Below, piece by piece: positions 55,424 through 64,000 of a DNA stretch of 64,000 nt. Origin of the DNA: Candidatus Micrarchaeota archaeon (GTDB lineage: Archaea > Micrarchaeota > Micrarchaeia > Micrarchaeales > CABMGC01); the NCBI GenBank assembly GCA_027371545.1, contig DAHXMW010000024.1:3139-67138 (forward strand), in the 5' to 3' direction. How positions within the stretch are numbered: the first letter of the stretch is position 1; the number at the start of each line of letters is the position of its first letter. The notes under the pieces are model-generated. The model made no database searches, was not told the DNA's origin, and worked only from the letters and a program-made list of their open reading frames with translations. The position numbers and the translations under genes were made by a program.

Positions 55424-56140
55424 ATGGTTGGTTATATGTCAAACGAACTGGAAAGAGTAAATACTGGAATAAATGGGCTCGATGAGCTTATATATGGTGG
55501 AATACCTAAACACAATCAGGTTCTCATATCCGGAGATGCCGGCACAGGGAAGACCCTCCTATGCTTTGAAGCATTGTACAGGAACGCAAAAATAGACATA
55601 CCAAGTACTTTCATAACACTCGAGGAGAGCAAGGCGTCGCTTCTAGAAAATGCAGGCGGCGCGTTCAGCGCATTTGACGATATAGACGAACTCGTGGGCA
55701 GAAATACAATAGGTGTATACAGCTACGACATAACCGAAGTACTGAAATCAACGGAAAACTGGCAAAAGTTCGTAACTCAGATAGCAAGAAATTCAAAATC
55801 GAATAATTCTCAGATAGTGGTGGTAGATTCTATCAGCAGCCTAAGGCCGTATGCGGATAGCGACAGAATATTCACGCGATCAGTTGCACTACTGGTCCAG
55901 AACCTCAGGAACCTCGGTGTAACGAGCTTCATCACAGTTGAGACGCCATCTATGGTATCGGAAGAGACTACTGGTCTTTTTGGCACATTCATGTTTGATG
56001 GCACGGTATGGCTTAATAAGGTAAATGTGTCTGGAAGCTCACAGTATGTAATATCGGTGGTGAAGATGCGACGCTCGGATCATGTGAAGTCGACTATGCC
56101 GTTCGAGATAACTCCAAAAGGCTTCAATATATTCAAATAG
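55424..56140 (+). CDS. KaiC-like single-domain RecA-superfamily ATPase (second paralog)
   Basis: GINGLDELIYGGIPKHNQVLISGDAGTGKT, ITLEES and IVVVDSIS. An alternative start lies at 55436. Confidence 0.85.
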   Translation: MVGYMSNELERVNTGINGLDELIYGGIPKHNQVLISGDAGTGKTLLCFEALYRNAKIDIPSTFITLEESKASLLENAGGAFSAFDDIDELVGRNTIGVYSYDITEVLKSTENWQKFVTQIARNSKSNNSQIVVVDSISSLRPYADSDRIFTRSVALLVQNLRNLGVTSFITVETPSMVSEETTGLFGTFMFDGTVWLNKVNVSGSSQYVISVVKMRRSDHVKSTMPFEITPKGFNIFK

Positions 56141-56179
56141 CCACCAGATTTATCTAATATACTTTTCAATATTAGCCGC

Positions 56180-57235
56180 ATGAAGCAGATTACTACGCTG
56201 CCATTGCATGGTGGAAAAGCCCCAAAGTGGCTATTCTGGCGCATGGTTCAGCTTGCAGGTTCCATATCCGAAGTAATTATAGATGAATTTGGGGCAGACG
56301 ATTTCATTGGCAGACTAAGCGATAGCAACTGGTTTCAGGCTCTTTCATGCGCGATAGGCTACGATTGGCACAGCAGCGGTACAACTACTGTAACAATGGG
56401 CGCATTAAAGGAAGCGCTCAAGGAAAGCGACGAAGTACAGATAGCTGGAGGCAAGGGCAAGGCAGGGTTAAAGACCCCTTCTGATATAAGAGAAGGCGCT
56501 ATGCGATTGGGGATCGACGATGAATCAGCCAAGCTTACTGAGATAAGCCGAATGGCTGCAAAGGTTGATTCGGCTCTTATATACGATGATTTTGGTATAT
56601 ATCACCACTCTTTCGTATTCTCAAAGGGAAAAAATTGGTGCATAGTTCAGCAGGGGATGCAAAGAGAGGCAAACGAAGCGGTGAGGTTTCAGTGGTCAAG
56701 GGATTCAGTAAATCCTGATTCATTCGCAGAAGAGCCTCATACCGGAATATCATCAACTCTGCATCTAAGCACAGCGGATCTGACCTCGCTGGATAATAAG
56801 TGGTTCAGGAATAATGCTGCCGAGATAGCGCATGAATCTTCAGACGTGGAGATAATAAGGAGATATGCACGTAGGCACGAGGTAAAAGAAATAGATATCT
56901 CACCACGCGGAAAAGATCTGATAAAAAAAGCATCAGAGATAGAAGCCAGCAGTTTCGAAGATCTGCTCATGGCCCGCGGTATAGGCAGGGCGACTATAAG
57001 GTCTCTCGCATTCATAGGGAGCCTGATATACGATAAGCAGGTATCCTTCAGGGATCCTGTGGCATACTCATACAATCTCGGCGGTAAGGATGGCACGCCA
57101 TTTCCAATAAACGCAGATACATACGATTCGGTAATAAAAGCCATGGAAGAGATAGTCGAAGGAGCTCGAATAGAGAAATTCGAGAAGTACAAAATATTAA
57201 AACGTCTCAATTCTAAGCTATCCTCCGCTAAATGA
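56180..57235 (+). CDS. DUF763 family protein
   Basis: LPLHGGKAPKWLFxRMVxLAG...RLSDSNWFQALSCAIGYDWHSSGTTT is the N-terminal signature of DUF763 as I recall it. Confidence 0.65.
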   Translation: MKQITTLPLHGGKAPKWLFWRMVQLAGSISEVIIDEFGADDFIGRLSDSNWFQALSCAIGYDWHSSGTTTVTMGALKEALKESDEVQIAGGKGKAGLKTPSDIREGAMRLGIDDESAKLTEISRMAAKVDSALIYDDFGIYHHSFVFSKGKNWCIVQQGMQREANEAVRFQWSRDSVNPDSFAEEPHTGISSTLHLSTADLTSLDNKWFRNNAAEIAHESSDVEIIRRYARRHEVKEIDISPRGKDLIKKASEIEASSFEDLLMARGIGRATIRSLAFIGSLIYDKQVSFRDPVAYSYNLGGKDGTPFPINADTYDSVIKAMEEIVEGARIEKFEKYKILKRLNSKLSSAK

Positions 57236-57283
57236 CTATTTCCCCAGATTCGGCATTTCTGCCTGCTCTATCGGTTCAATCTA

Positions 57284-58528
57284 TTATTTATTTTTTTGCG
57301 TTTTTCTGCCCTTTCCACTAGAGAGTCTCCTGTATATAATTGCGATTATTACTAAGACCACTACTATCTCTATGGCATAGGTCTCATATTTGCTCTCTGC
57401 GGAACTCGTTTCTCCAACGGCAACGAAGTAATTGCTTGAGCCTGTAAACTGCTGGCTGGCCGAGCCGCTTGGTTGCTTCCACTGTTCATATAGTGTTACA
57501 GGATAGTTGCCAGGAACTCCTGCGGTATCTATACTTACAAAGAAGGTGACATTCGTCGATGCGCCAGGCTGAAGTTCATTTACGTACGCAGAACTTGCGA
57601 CTGGTGTTATTGGATACGGTGTCTCAAGATTCAGCTGCAACTCTTGCGCAGGGCTTGTTCCGGTATTAGTTATCCTGAAATTTACTGGAACGTCAGTTGC
57701 ACTTATGCCTGGGCTTGGGCCTTCAGAAGCTATTGCAAACTGTGCCGAAGGTGCAACTGAGATGTTTATCCGCTGCGTGTTAGTGAAGCGCCTGTTGAGT
57801 CTTGCAGAGTAATAGGTGGTGTTCACAATAAGATACGTATTATCCGTACCATTTGCGGATATCAGTATTGGTTCAACCTCCGCCGAACCCCTTGTAAGGT
57901 TCGATATAAAGAAAGATCTCACAGAGCTTAGTATACTGAGACCTCTCGAACCGCTAACCGCTACGCTGACATTCCTTGCTGTGCCATAACCTGTATTCTG
58001 AATTGAGAGGCTTAGACTCTGGTTGTATCCCGTATACAGTGTGGCAGGCTGAGGATTTGATGCCTGCACGGTTATTGCTGGGTTTCCCTGCACGTAGAAG
58101 CTTACAGGCATTGACGATGACGCTATCTCAGTCGCTTGCGTAGAGTAAAGCATATACGTGGCTGTAAGTGTGAGCGTATATGTGCCAGAGGGCGTTGTGT
58201 TTGGTATTGCTATTGTATAATTGTAATACTTTGCATTTAATCCAGGATTCAGCATGCCTATGGTATTGCTGTTCAATGGCGAGACATTCAGGATTGGATA
58301 ACTGCCTGTCGGCTGCAGGGTTGTTCCGTAAAGCCAGTAGTTGTAGGTATTGTACAACTGGAATCTTATCGTAGCGCTCCCCCCTGCTATTACTGGATTT
58401 GGAGAGACAGATACATTTGTCAGCGATACCGCATTAGCATATTGCGCACTGGCAACGCCGCTAACTAAAGCCATGATGGCCAGAGCCAAAAAGACTGCTT
58501 GTATTTTCATTTTTACACCTATTATCAA
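57284..58528 (-). CDS. Secreted CARDB/COG1361-like (S-layer-like) repeat protein with C-terminal TM anchor
   Basis: Signal peptide MKIQAVFLALAIMALVSGVASA. Repeated beta-sandwich heads VSVSPNPVIAGGSATIRFQLYNT, LSIQNTGYGTARNVSV and FRITNTGTSPAQEL. C-terminal helix followed by a basic tail. Confidence 0.6.
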   Translation of the reverse strand: MIIGVKMKIQAVFLALAIMALVSGVASAQYANAVSLTNVSVSPNPVIAGGSATIRFQLYNTYNYWLYGTTLQPTGSYPILNVSPLNSNTIGMLNPGLNAKYYNYTIAIPNTTPSGTYTLTLTATYMLYSTQATEIASSSMPVSFYVQGNPAITVQASNPQPATLYTGYNQSLSLSIQNTGYGTARNVSVAVSGSRGLSILSSVRSFFISNLTRGSAEVEPILISANGTDNTYLIVNTTYYSARLNRRFTNTQRINISVAPSAQFAIASEGPSPGISATDVPVNFRITNTGTSPAQELQLNLETPYPITPVASSAYVNELQPGASTNVTFFVSIDTAGVPGNYPVTLYEQWKQPSGSASQQFTGSSNYFVAVGETSSAESKYETYAIEIVVVLVIIAIIYRRLSSGKGRKTQKNK

Positions 58529-58531
58529 GAA

Positions 58532-59638
58532 TCATATTTGCTTGCTCGTATCCCTAAATAACATAAATGCCAATGCGGACATCATTAGAGCAAAGAACAG
58601 AAGTATCGCAGAAGTCGATATCAGCGTTGGTAATGGTAGAAAGCCCTTTATCATTATGTCCCGAACCGCATTTACTGCGTACGTTAAAGGATCCATCTCA
58701 ACTACGGGCAAGAGCACCTTTGGGAGTAGGGTAACTGGGACAAACGCACCTCCAAGGAAGGATAATGGCAAAGCAAGCGTCTGGCCTATCAGCGCATATG
58801 TCTGCTGATCCCTTGCCCTGGTTGCCAGGGCTATTGCCAACGCACCAAATCCCAAACCTACCAAAAGGATAATCCATAGCAGTTCCACAAACCCCACAAG
58901 GCCTGCCGCTATCGTTGCTCCATAAAGCAGCCCTATTGCCAATCCCACATACGCGGAGAATGCAGACTGGAAAGTGCCGTAAGCTATCTTGCTCAGCAAC
59001 ACCGAGAAGTTGTTTATTGGTGTTGTAAGGAATGCCTTTAGATTGCCGAGCTGCCTGTCACCAATCATTGTAAACCCGGCGCTGAATATAGCCCCGAATG
59101 AAGCTACCATTACCAGTATCCCGCCTACGACAAAACTTATATAGTTGCTGCTTGCGCCGTATGCGTAGTTTGTTACAACTGATATCGGGGGCTCATTAAG
59201 CGCAGAAGCACCGAATTCCGATGCGGCAGCATTGACCTGCTCATTAAGCACTGCTGCTGATTGTGGCTGCGAATTGTCCAGATACACTTGTATCTGGGAA
59301 TGTGAACCGTAACTAGTCGAGAAACCGCTAGGTATCACTACAACCCCTGCCACAGAGCCATCTGAAAGCATGCTCATTGCCTCCTGCTGGTTAGTCTGAG
59401 AGACTATAATCACGCTGCTGCCGCTCTGCAGTGCGTTTATAAATCTGAGGGATGCTGGCCCAGGAGCATAATTCACGACTACCGCAGGAACATTTTTTGG
59501 AGAGCTGCCGAAGCTTCCAAGAAGCAGTACAAAGAGGAGCGGAAATGTAACAGACCTTACCGTATTCATTGCTATGTTTTTCTTGAATATCAGCATCTCT
59601 CGGTAGTATAAGGTATATGCATCGTTTATGATTCCCAT
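58532..59638 (-). CDS. ABC-2 type transporter permease
   Basis: N-terminal TM helix, a large extracytoplasmic loop, then 5 C-terminal helices. It sits directly downstream of the ABC ATPase gene. Confidence 0.8.
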   Translation of the reverse strand: MGIINDAYTLYYREMLIFKKNIAMNTVRSVTFPLLFVLLLGSFGSSPKNVPAVVVNYAPGPASLRFINALQSGSSVIIVSQTNQQEAMSMLSDGSVAGVVVIPSGFSTSYGSHSQIQVYLDNSQPQSAAVLNEQVNAAASEFGASALNEPPISVVTNYAYGASSNYISFVVGGILVMVASFGAIFSAGFTMIGDRQLGNLKAFLTTPINNFSVLLSKIAYGTFQSAFSAYVGLAIGLLYGATIAAGLVGFVELLWIILLVGLGFGALAIALATRARDQQTYALIGQTLALPLSFLGGAFVPVTLLPKVLLPVVEMDPLTYAVNAVRDIMIKGFLPLPTLISTSAILLFFALMMSALAFMLFRDTSKQI

Positions 59639-59644
59639 TTTTAT

Positions 59645-60637
59645 CTACCTCCTTGTAAAAAGCTGCCTTCCCTTGTATTCTCCCGAAGTGTCCCTTGCCT
59701 CAGAACCTGTAAGTTTCAGGAAAACGTCATCTATTGTCGGTTCGTGCATGCTTACATTACGCACGTTTATCTTTGCGCTAGACATTGCAGATAGCAGCAA
59801 TTCTATCTTCTTTGTCGCCCCGCTTCCTCCCGGTGCAGTAACCTTGCTGTTAAGTATGGTAGGCTCCAGCCCAACCTTTCTGAATATGCTTGCCACCTTT
59901 TGAAGATCCTCTTTGTCAGCAGTTATCTCTATTACGTTTGTGAGGCCCATGTTCTTCCTAAGCTCATCTGGCGTTCCAAGCGCTATTAACTTCCCATGGT
60001 CTATTATCCCTATCCTGTCGCAGAGCTGATCCGCCTCTTCAAGGTACTGCGTTGTCATAAGAACCGTAACTCCCTGCTTCTTGTTTATATCCCTAAGCAG
60101 GTTCCATATCTGCGCCCTGTTCTGCACATCAAGCCCTGTTGTGGGCTCATCAAGCAGTATTATCTCTGGCGTATGCATTAACGATTTTGCCACTTCCAAT
60201 CTTCTCTTCATCCCTCCTGAGAATGTTCCTGCGTATGCTTTCCTGAACTGGACCAGGTCTGAGAGTTCCAGGGCAAATTCTATTCTCTCCTGTAACTCCG
60301 ATCCGGGTATATGGTATAACTTTCCAAATATCATGAGGTTCTGCTCTGCCGTAAGCTCAGGCTCAACCACGGTCTCCTGCGTAACTACTCCTATATGCGT
60401 CCTTGCCTGCACAGGATCCCCGCTCATGTCCACCCCATTTATCAAAATCCTTCCTGATGTTGGCTGGAGGAGCCCAAGCAGCATGCTTATAGTGGTACTC
60501 TTTCCAGCTCCATTCGGTCCCAGAAGCCCAAATATCTCGCCTTTTCTTATCTTCAGATTCACTCCGTTTACTGCAGTGAAGTCTCCAAATTTCTTGACAA
60601 CGTTTTCTATATTCACTGCATACTCTTCAACCATCAT
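59645..60637 (-). CDS. ABC transporter ATP-binding protein (DrrA/CcmA-like)
   Basis: GLLGPNGAGKSTT (Walker A), FSGGMKRRLEVA (signature) and ILLDEPTTGLD (Walker B). Confidence 0.9.
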   Translation of the reverse strand: MMVEEYAVNIENVVKKFGDFTAVNGVNLKIRKGEIFGLLGPNGAGKSTTISMLLGLLQPTSGRILINGVDMSGDPVQARTHIGVVTQETVVEPELTAEQNLMIFGKLYHIPGSELQERIEFALELSDLVQFRKAYAGTFSGGMKRRLEVAKSLMHTPEIILLDEPTTGLDVQNRAQIWNLLRDINKKQGVTVLMTTQYLEEADQLCDRIGIIDHGKLIALGTPDELRKNMGLTNVIEITADKEDLQKVASIFRKVGLEPTILNSKVTAPGGSGATKKIELLLSAMSSAKINVRNVSMHEPTIDDVFLKLTGSEARDTSGEYKGRQLFTRR

Positions 60638-60707
60638 TCACCACCAGCAAACTAACTAAATTCTCTCGCTACGCTGTCTGGCTCTTCTATCGCATTCCTC
60701 TGCACGC

Positions 60708-61106
60708 TCAAGAAATTACCTCATACAGTTCTTTTATGAAAGAAAGCACCATCTTCATCTTTATATCAACGGCTTCGCGGCCCTTTGGAGTTATTACATA
60801 ATACTTCCTATGCTCCTTTTTCCCAGATGACGCCCTCTGTGAAATGTAACCTCCTTTCTCAAGCGAGGAAAGATTGTTGTATACCATATTTTTTATCTCG
60901 TTCTTTTCGTTTTCGAAATGTGCCGCCAGCCTTTTGTTGCTGCACAAAGATTTGAAGATCTCATAAGGGTACGCATCCCCCTTCATTATTCTCTCCAGAA
61001 TCATGAACCTGAGGGCGAGGCTTACTATTCTCCTGCGCATCTTCAAGTCCATAAACTCGCAATCAGCCCTCCTCGCAACTCTTTGAAGGTTTTTATGTGT
61101 TGACAC
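60708..61106 (-). CDS. PadR family transcriptional regulator
   Basis: LALRFMILERIMKGDAYPYEIFKSL...LEKGGYISQ...RKYYVITPKGREA (winged helix-turn-helix of PadR type). The start could instead be at 61052 or 61040. Confidence 0.8.
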   Translation of the reverse strand: MSTHKNLQRVARRADCEFMDLKMRRRIVSLALRFMILERIMKGDAYPYEIFKSLCSNKRLAAHFENEKNEIKNMVYNNLSSLEKGGYISQRASSGKKEHRKYYVITPKGREAVDIKMKMVLSFIKELYEVIS

Positions 61107-61130
61107 AATAATGCGACCATACTGCTTATG

Positions 61131-61150
61131 TTAGTTTAAAGTTAAACTAA
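61131..61150. promoter_or_regulatory. Candidate PadR operator: 9-bp inverted repeat TTAGTTTAA-ag-TTAAACTAA
   Basis: Perfect 9+9 palindrome with a 2-nt spacer, 25-45 nt upstream of the padR ORF start, in the padR/guaB divergent intergenic region. Confidence 0.4.
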
Positions 61151-61249
61151 TATTCCCATGCAAGTATTATAAGCTTTGCTCTGCGTGGGCGCCTTAGCAA
61201 TGCGATTAGTAAAACATATAATGCTTTTTCACAAAAGGCATATGGTAGC

Positions 61250-62695
61250 ATGGCAACAAAAATAGAAACCGAAAAGATTACAGGCGGTTTGTCTTACAGT
61301 GATGTTCTCCTCCTCCCGCTTAAGTCAAAAGTGGCATCAAGAAAAGATGCAGATACAAGAACACGCCTAACCAGAAAGATAGGACTTAATATACCCATAA
61401 TCACTGCAAACATGGACTCTGTCACTGAATCACATATGGCAATATCCATAGCCCGGCTGGGCGGCATAGGCATAATACACCGCTTTATGCACATAGAGCG
61501 GCAGAAGGAAGAGGTTATGAAAGCCAAGAGGGCAGAGGGGTACCTAATAGAAAATCCATATACTATAAAACCTGAAAGCAACATAAGCGAAGCACGCGAA
61601 CTTGTAGAAAAGAATGGTGTTAGCGGGCTTATAGTTACTGATGACAAAGGAAGACTTATCGGAATACTCTCCGGGAGGGACATGAAATTTGCCGCAGGCA
61701 ACGAGCGTGTAAGGGATCTCATGACTCCGCGCAAAAAGCTGATAACGGGAAATAAAGGCATATCTATAGACAAAGCCGCAGAGCTTCTTGCAAGGCACAA
61801 GGTGGAGAAACTGCCCATAGTGGACCAAAAGGACAGGCTTGTAGGGCTTGTAACTGCAAAGGATGCAGAACGGGTCTTGAAGCACGACATAGCTGCGAAA
61901 GACTCCAAGGGGCGTCTACTCGTAGGCGCAGCAATAGGAATAAAAGGCGATTACATGGAGCGCACAGAAGCGCTTCTTGAAGCAGAGGCCGACGTACTTG
62001 TCCTTGACGTTGCCCATGGGCATTCGGAAAGCGTAATCGCTTCAGCAAAGGCAATAAAAAGGGAATTCCCGTCAGTTCAGCTGGTTGTAGGCAACGTTGC
62101 AACCCCTGAAGGAACTAGGGATCTTATAGCTGCAGGTGCAGATGCTGTAAAGGTTGGAATAGGTCCAGGAGCCGCGTGCAGTACAAGGCTGGTTACAGGC
62201 GCAGGAGTTCCGCAGCTTACCGCTGTGATGTGGTGCGCGGAGGCGGCACGCGAGGAAGGCATTCCCATAATAGCAGATGGGGGCATTCGCAATCCCGGAG
62301 ACGTAACAAAAGCGATTGTCGGAGGCGCCTCAACAGTGATGATCGGCAGCTTATTTGCAGGTACTGACGAAAGCCCGGGCTATTTCATACAGCGAAAAGG
62401 AATAAAGTACAAAGCATACCGCGGCATGGCTTCGCTCGGGGCGAACATCTCCAGAAAACAGCTCGATAACATGGATATAAATCCAGAAGACATATCCCAG
62501 ATAGTCCCAGAAGGTGTCGAGTCTTCGGTCCCGCATATAGGATCGGTAAAGGATGTGGTGACACAGCTTATAGGAGGATTAAGATCTGGAATGAGCTACT
62601 GCGGCGCATCAAATCTCCAGGAACTCCACAGAAATGGCAGGTTTATACGGCTCACTCCCCTTGGCGCAGCGGAGAGTTATGAGAAACTGCAGTAA
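61250..62695 (+). CDS. guaB: Inosine-5'-monophosphate dehydrogenase with CBS pair
   Basis: [10 protein letters not shown]-type N-terminus, [20 protein letters not shown] (catalytic Cys loop), [11 protein letters not shown] and [12 protein letters not shown]. Confidence 0.95.
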   Translation: MATKIETEKITGGLSYSDVLLLPLKSKVASRKDADTRTRLTRKIGLNIPIITANMDSVTESHMAISIARLGGIGIIHRFMHIERQKEEVMKAKRAEGYLIENPYTIKPESNISEARELVEKNGVSGLIVTDDKGRLIGILSGRDMKFAAGNERVRDLMTPRKKLITGNKGISIDKAAELLARHKVEKLPIVDQKDRLVGLVTAKDAERVLKHDIAAKDSKGRLLVGAAIGIKGDYMERTEALLEAEADVLVLDVAHGHSESVIASAKAIKREFPSVQLVVGNVATPEGTRDLIAAGADAVKVGIGPGAACSTRLVTGAGVPQLTAVMWCAEAAREEGIPIIADGGIRNPGDVTKAIVGGASTVMIGSLFAGTDESPGYFIQRKGIKYKAYRGMASLGANISRKQLDNMDINPEDISQIVPEGVESSVPHIGSVKDVVTQLIGGLRSGMSYCGASNLQELHRNGRFIRLTPLGAAESYEKLQ

Positions 62696-62700
62696 GAAAG

Positions 62701-63825
62701 TTACCTGCTCTTCAGCCCAAGCCTCTCAAATTCCCTTCTGTAAAAAGGCAGCACACTAGAGACTGCGAAGCCTTTGATGTTTGCAGGCTTCAATCTTGCC
62801 GTTTCCTTGCCTTCAATCGCCTTAAGAAGGCGCGCATGCAGATTCTCTGTTTTATCAATTATGCACAACCTCCGCACCTCTGGCGGTATCGGCGAATAAT
62901 CCGGTATAACTACTGGAGTGCCCAGAGCCGCACTCTCTATGGAAACTATGCTCAGCCCTTCCCTCTCGGAGGTATTCATGAATGCCGACGCCTCTGACAT
63001 CTTCCTGTACAAAGAGAGCTTATCCTCAAATGGCTTAGTTACCTTAATTGCCTTACCAAGCCCCATCTCCCCAATCAAGCCCAATATCTTCTCCCTCTCA
63101 GGGCCGATGCCTATTATCTCTCCCATGATGCTCTTGTCCTTCCTATAAGCCTTTGCGAATACCTTAACCCATACGTCAAGCCTCTTTTCTTTCACCAGCC
63201 TCCCAGCGAAGATTACGAGCTTTCTTTTCTTAGAATGCCCAACGGAGTTCATCTCATCCATGTCCACAATCGGTATAAAAATCCTTATTCTTGAGCCGTC
63301 TATGCCTATCTTCCTCAATTCTTTCTTTGTAGTGGATGATATAGCAACGTAAAGATCCGCACCCCTAATTAGGAATCGCGAGTATACATATGCAAGAAAG
63401 CCGGAATTTGAATTAAGATACTTCATCCAGTATCCGGGCTCCCATACTTCGGCAACCTCTATCACAAGCTTGCAGTTATAAAGCCTGCAATAAAGCTTTA
63501 CAAGCGGCAAATGCAGTATGGGGAAATGGTTGGCTATTATTACGTCGAATCTCCTGGTGAATAATCTTGCCATCGACAGTGAAAATATAATCGCCTCTCT
63601 TATTGATCGTCTTCCATGCCTGTATATCTTGCTGTCATTTACCCTGTGGAATGCATGGTACCTTATCCCATCCCTTTCAAACTCCCTCTCCATCCCGGGC
63701 CATTGCATTGTAAAAAAGTGTACTTCATTCTCCTTTGCAAGCTCTTTCGCTTCGTTATAGTTCCCCATCTCTATGCCGCCTACATGCCATGGATAGGGAA
63801 CATCATAAACGAAAGCTATCTTCAT
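62701..63825 (-). CDS. Family 4 (GT-B) glycosyltransferase
   Basis: MKIAFVYDVPYPWHVGGIE and the C-terminal EREGLSIVSIESAALGTPVV (E-x7-E region). Start at an internal Met; the ORF extends to 63855. Confidence 0.8.
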   Translation of the reverse strand: MKIAFVYDVPYPWHVGGIEMGNYNEAKELAKENEVHFFTMQWPGMEREFERDGIRYHAFHRVNDSKIYRHGRRSIREAIIFSLSMARLFTRRFDVIIANHFPILHLPLVKLYCRLYNCKLVIEVAEVWEPGYWMKYLNSNSGFLAYVYSRFLIRGADLYVAISSTTKKELRKIGIDGSRIRIFIPIVDMDEMNSVGHSKKRKLVIFAGRLVKEKRLDVWVKVFAKAYRKDKSIMGEIIGIGPEREKILGLIGEMGLGKAIKVTKPFEDKLSLYRKMSEASAFMNTSEREGLSIVSIESAALGTPVVIPDYSPIPPEVRRLCIIDKTENLHARLLKAIEGKETARLKPANIKGFAVSSVLPFYRREFERLGLKSR

Positions 63826-63829
63826 CTCA

Positions 63830-64000
63830 TCACAAGGCAAACTTAGATACAACAACTGAAAATAGAAGAATTAGTACTGTAAGCGCGTTGTAGACGGCGA
63901 ACTTCCTCCACACCTTCCTATCGTTCTTCACATCAACCTTAAGATGCTCCAGCATGAGCGCAGCCGCAGCGATAAACGAGCCTACAAAGACAATCCACGA
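63830..64000 (-). CDS. 3' end of a membrane protein gene continuing beyond the window
   Basis: My hand translation of the minus strand from 64000 gives SWIVFVGSFIAAAALMLEHLKVDVKNDRKVWRKFAVYNALTVLILLFSVVVSKFAL followed by a stop at 63830-63832. Confidence 0.3.
   Translation of the reverse strand, partial: SWIVFVGSFIAAAALMLEHLKVDVKNDRKVWRKFAVYNALTVLILLFSVVVSKFAL

Noticed and set aside
1-64000. Search for CRISPR arrays, rRNA genes, transposase/IS elements and intact integrases
   Set aside because: I saw no regularly spaced direct repeats, no rRNA-like sequence, and no DDE or tyrosine-recombinase catalytic signatures. Visual scanning of 64 kb could miss short or degenerate elements.

Overview
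This is a gene-dense archaeal chromosomal segment with about 60 protein genes, three tRNAs, an SRP (7S) RNA and one candidate C/D-box sRNA. Everything below is read by eye from the sequence and ORF track, with no database search, so start codons and family names are provisional.

The archaeal assignment rests on GatD/GatE, aIF-2beta, aIF-1A, aIF5B, archease, an archaeosortase-like protein, an intron-containing tRNA and a ~293-nt SRP RNA. The lineage cannot be fixed. The gene content would fit a Micrarchaeota/DPANN-like or Thermoplasmata-like organism (low confidence).

- **Core genes:** ileS, infB, gatDE, ndk, guaB, a serA-like dehydrogenase with a class V aminotransferase, an AsnRS-like asparagine synthetase paralog and a GltB-like FMN protein.
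- **Envelope genes:** four very large proteins rich in NxS/T sequons, GT2/GT4/GT-C glycosyltransferases and a carbamoyltransferase.
- **Accessory region:** an AT-rich island at about 7.4-14.2 kb abuts an intron-containing tRNA-Thr(CGU). A 14-bp copy of the tRNA 3' end recurs at 8114-8127. The island carries a GmrSD-like enzyme, an intact hsdS, an hsdM that lacks SAM motif I, no hsdR, and two unknown membrane proteins in the hsdMS operon. This is my best candidate for an undescribed system.
- **Other leads:**
  - a stalk-protein-P1-like tandem-domain protein followed by two KaiC-like ATPases and a DUF763 protein;
  - a NUDIX-UDG fusion that lacks the Fe-S cysteines;
  - a well-formed C/D-box sRNA candidate;
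  - an SRP RNA-tRNA-Ser tandem;
  - a palindromic operator candidate upstream of a PadR/ABC-2 operon.
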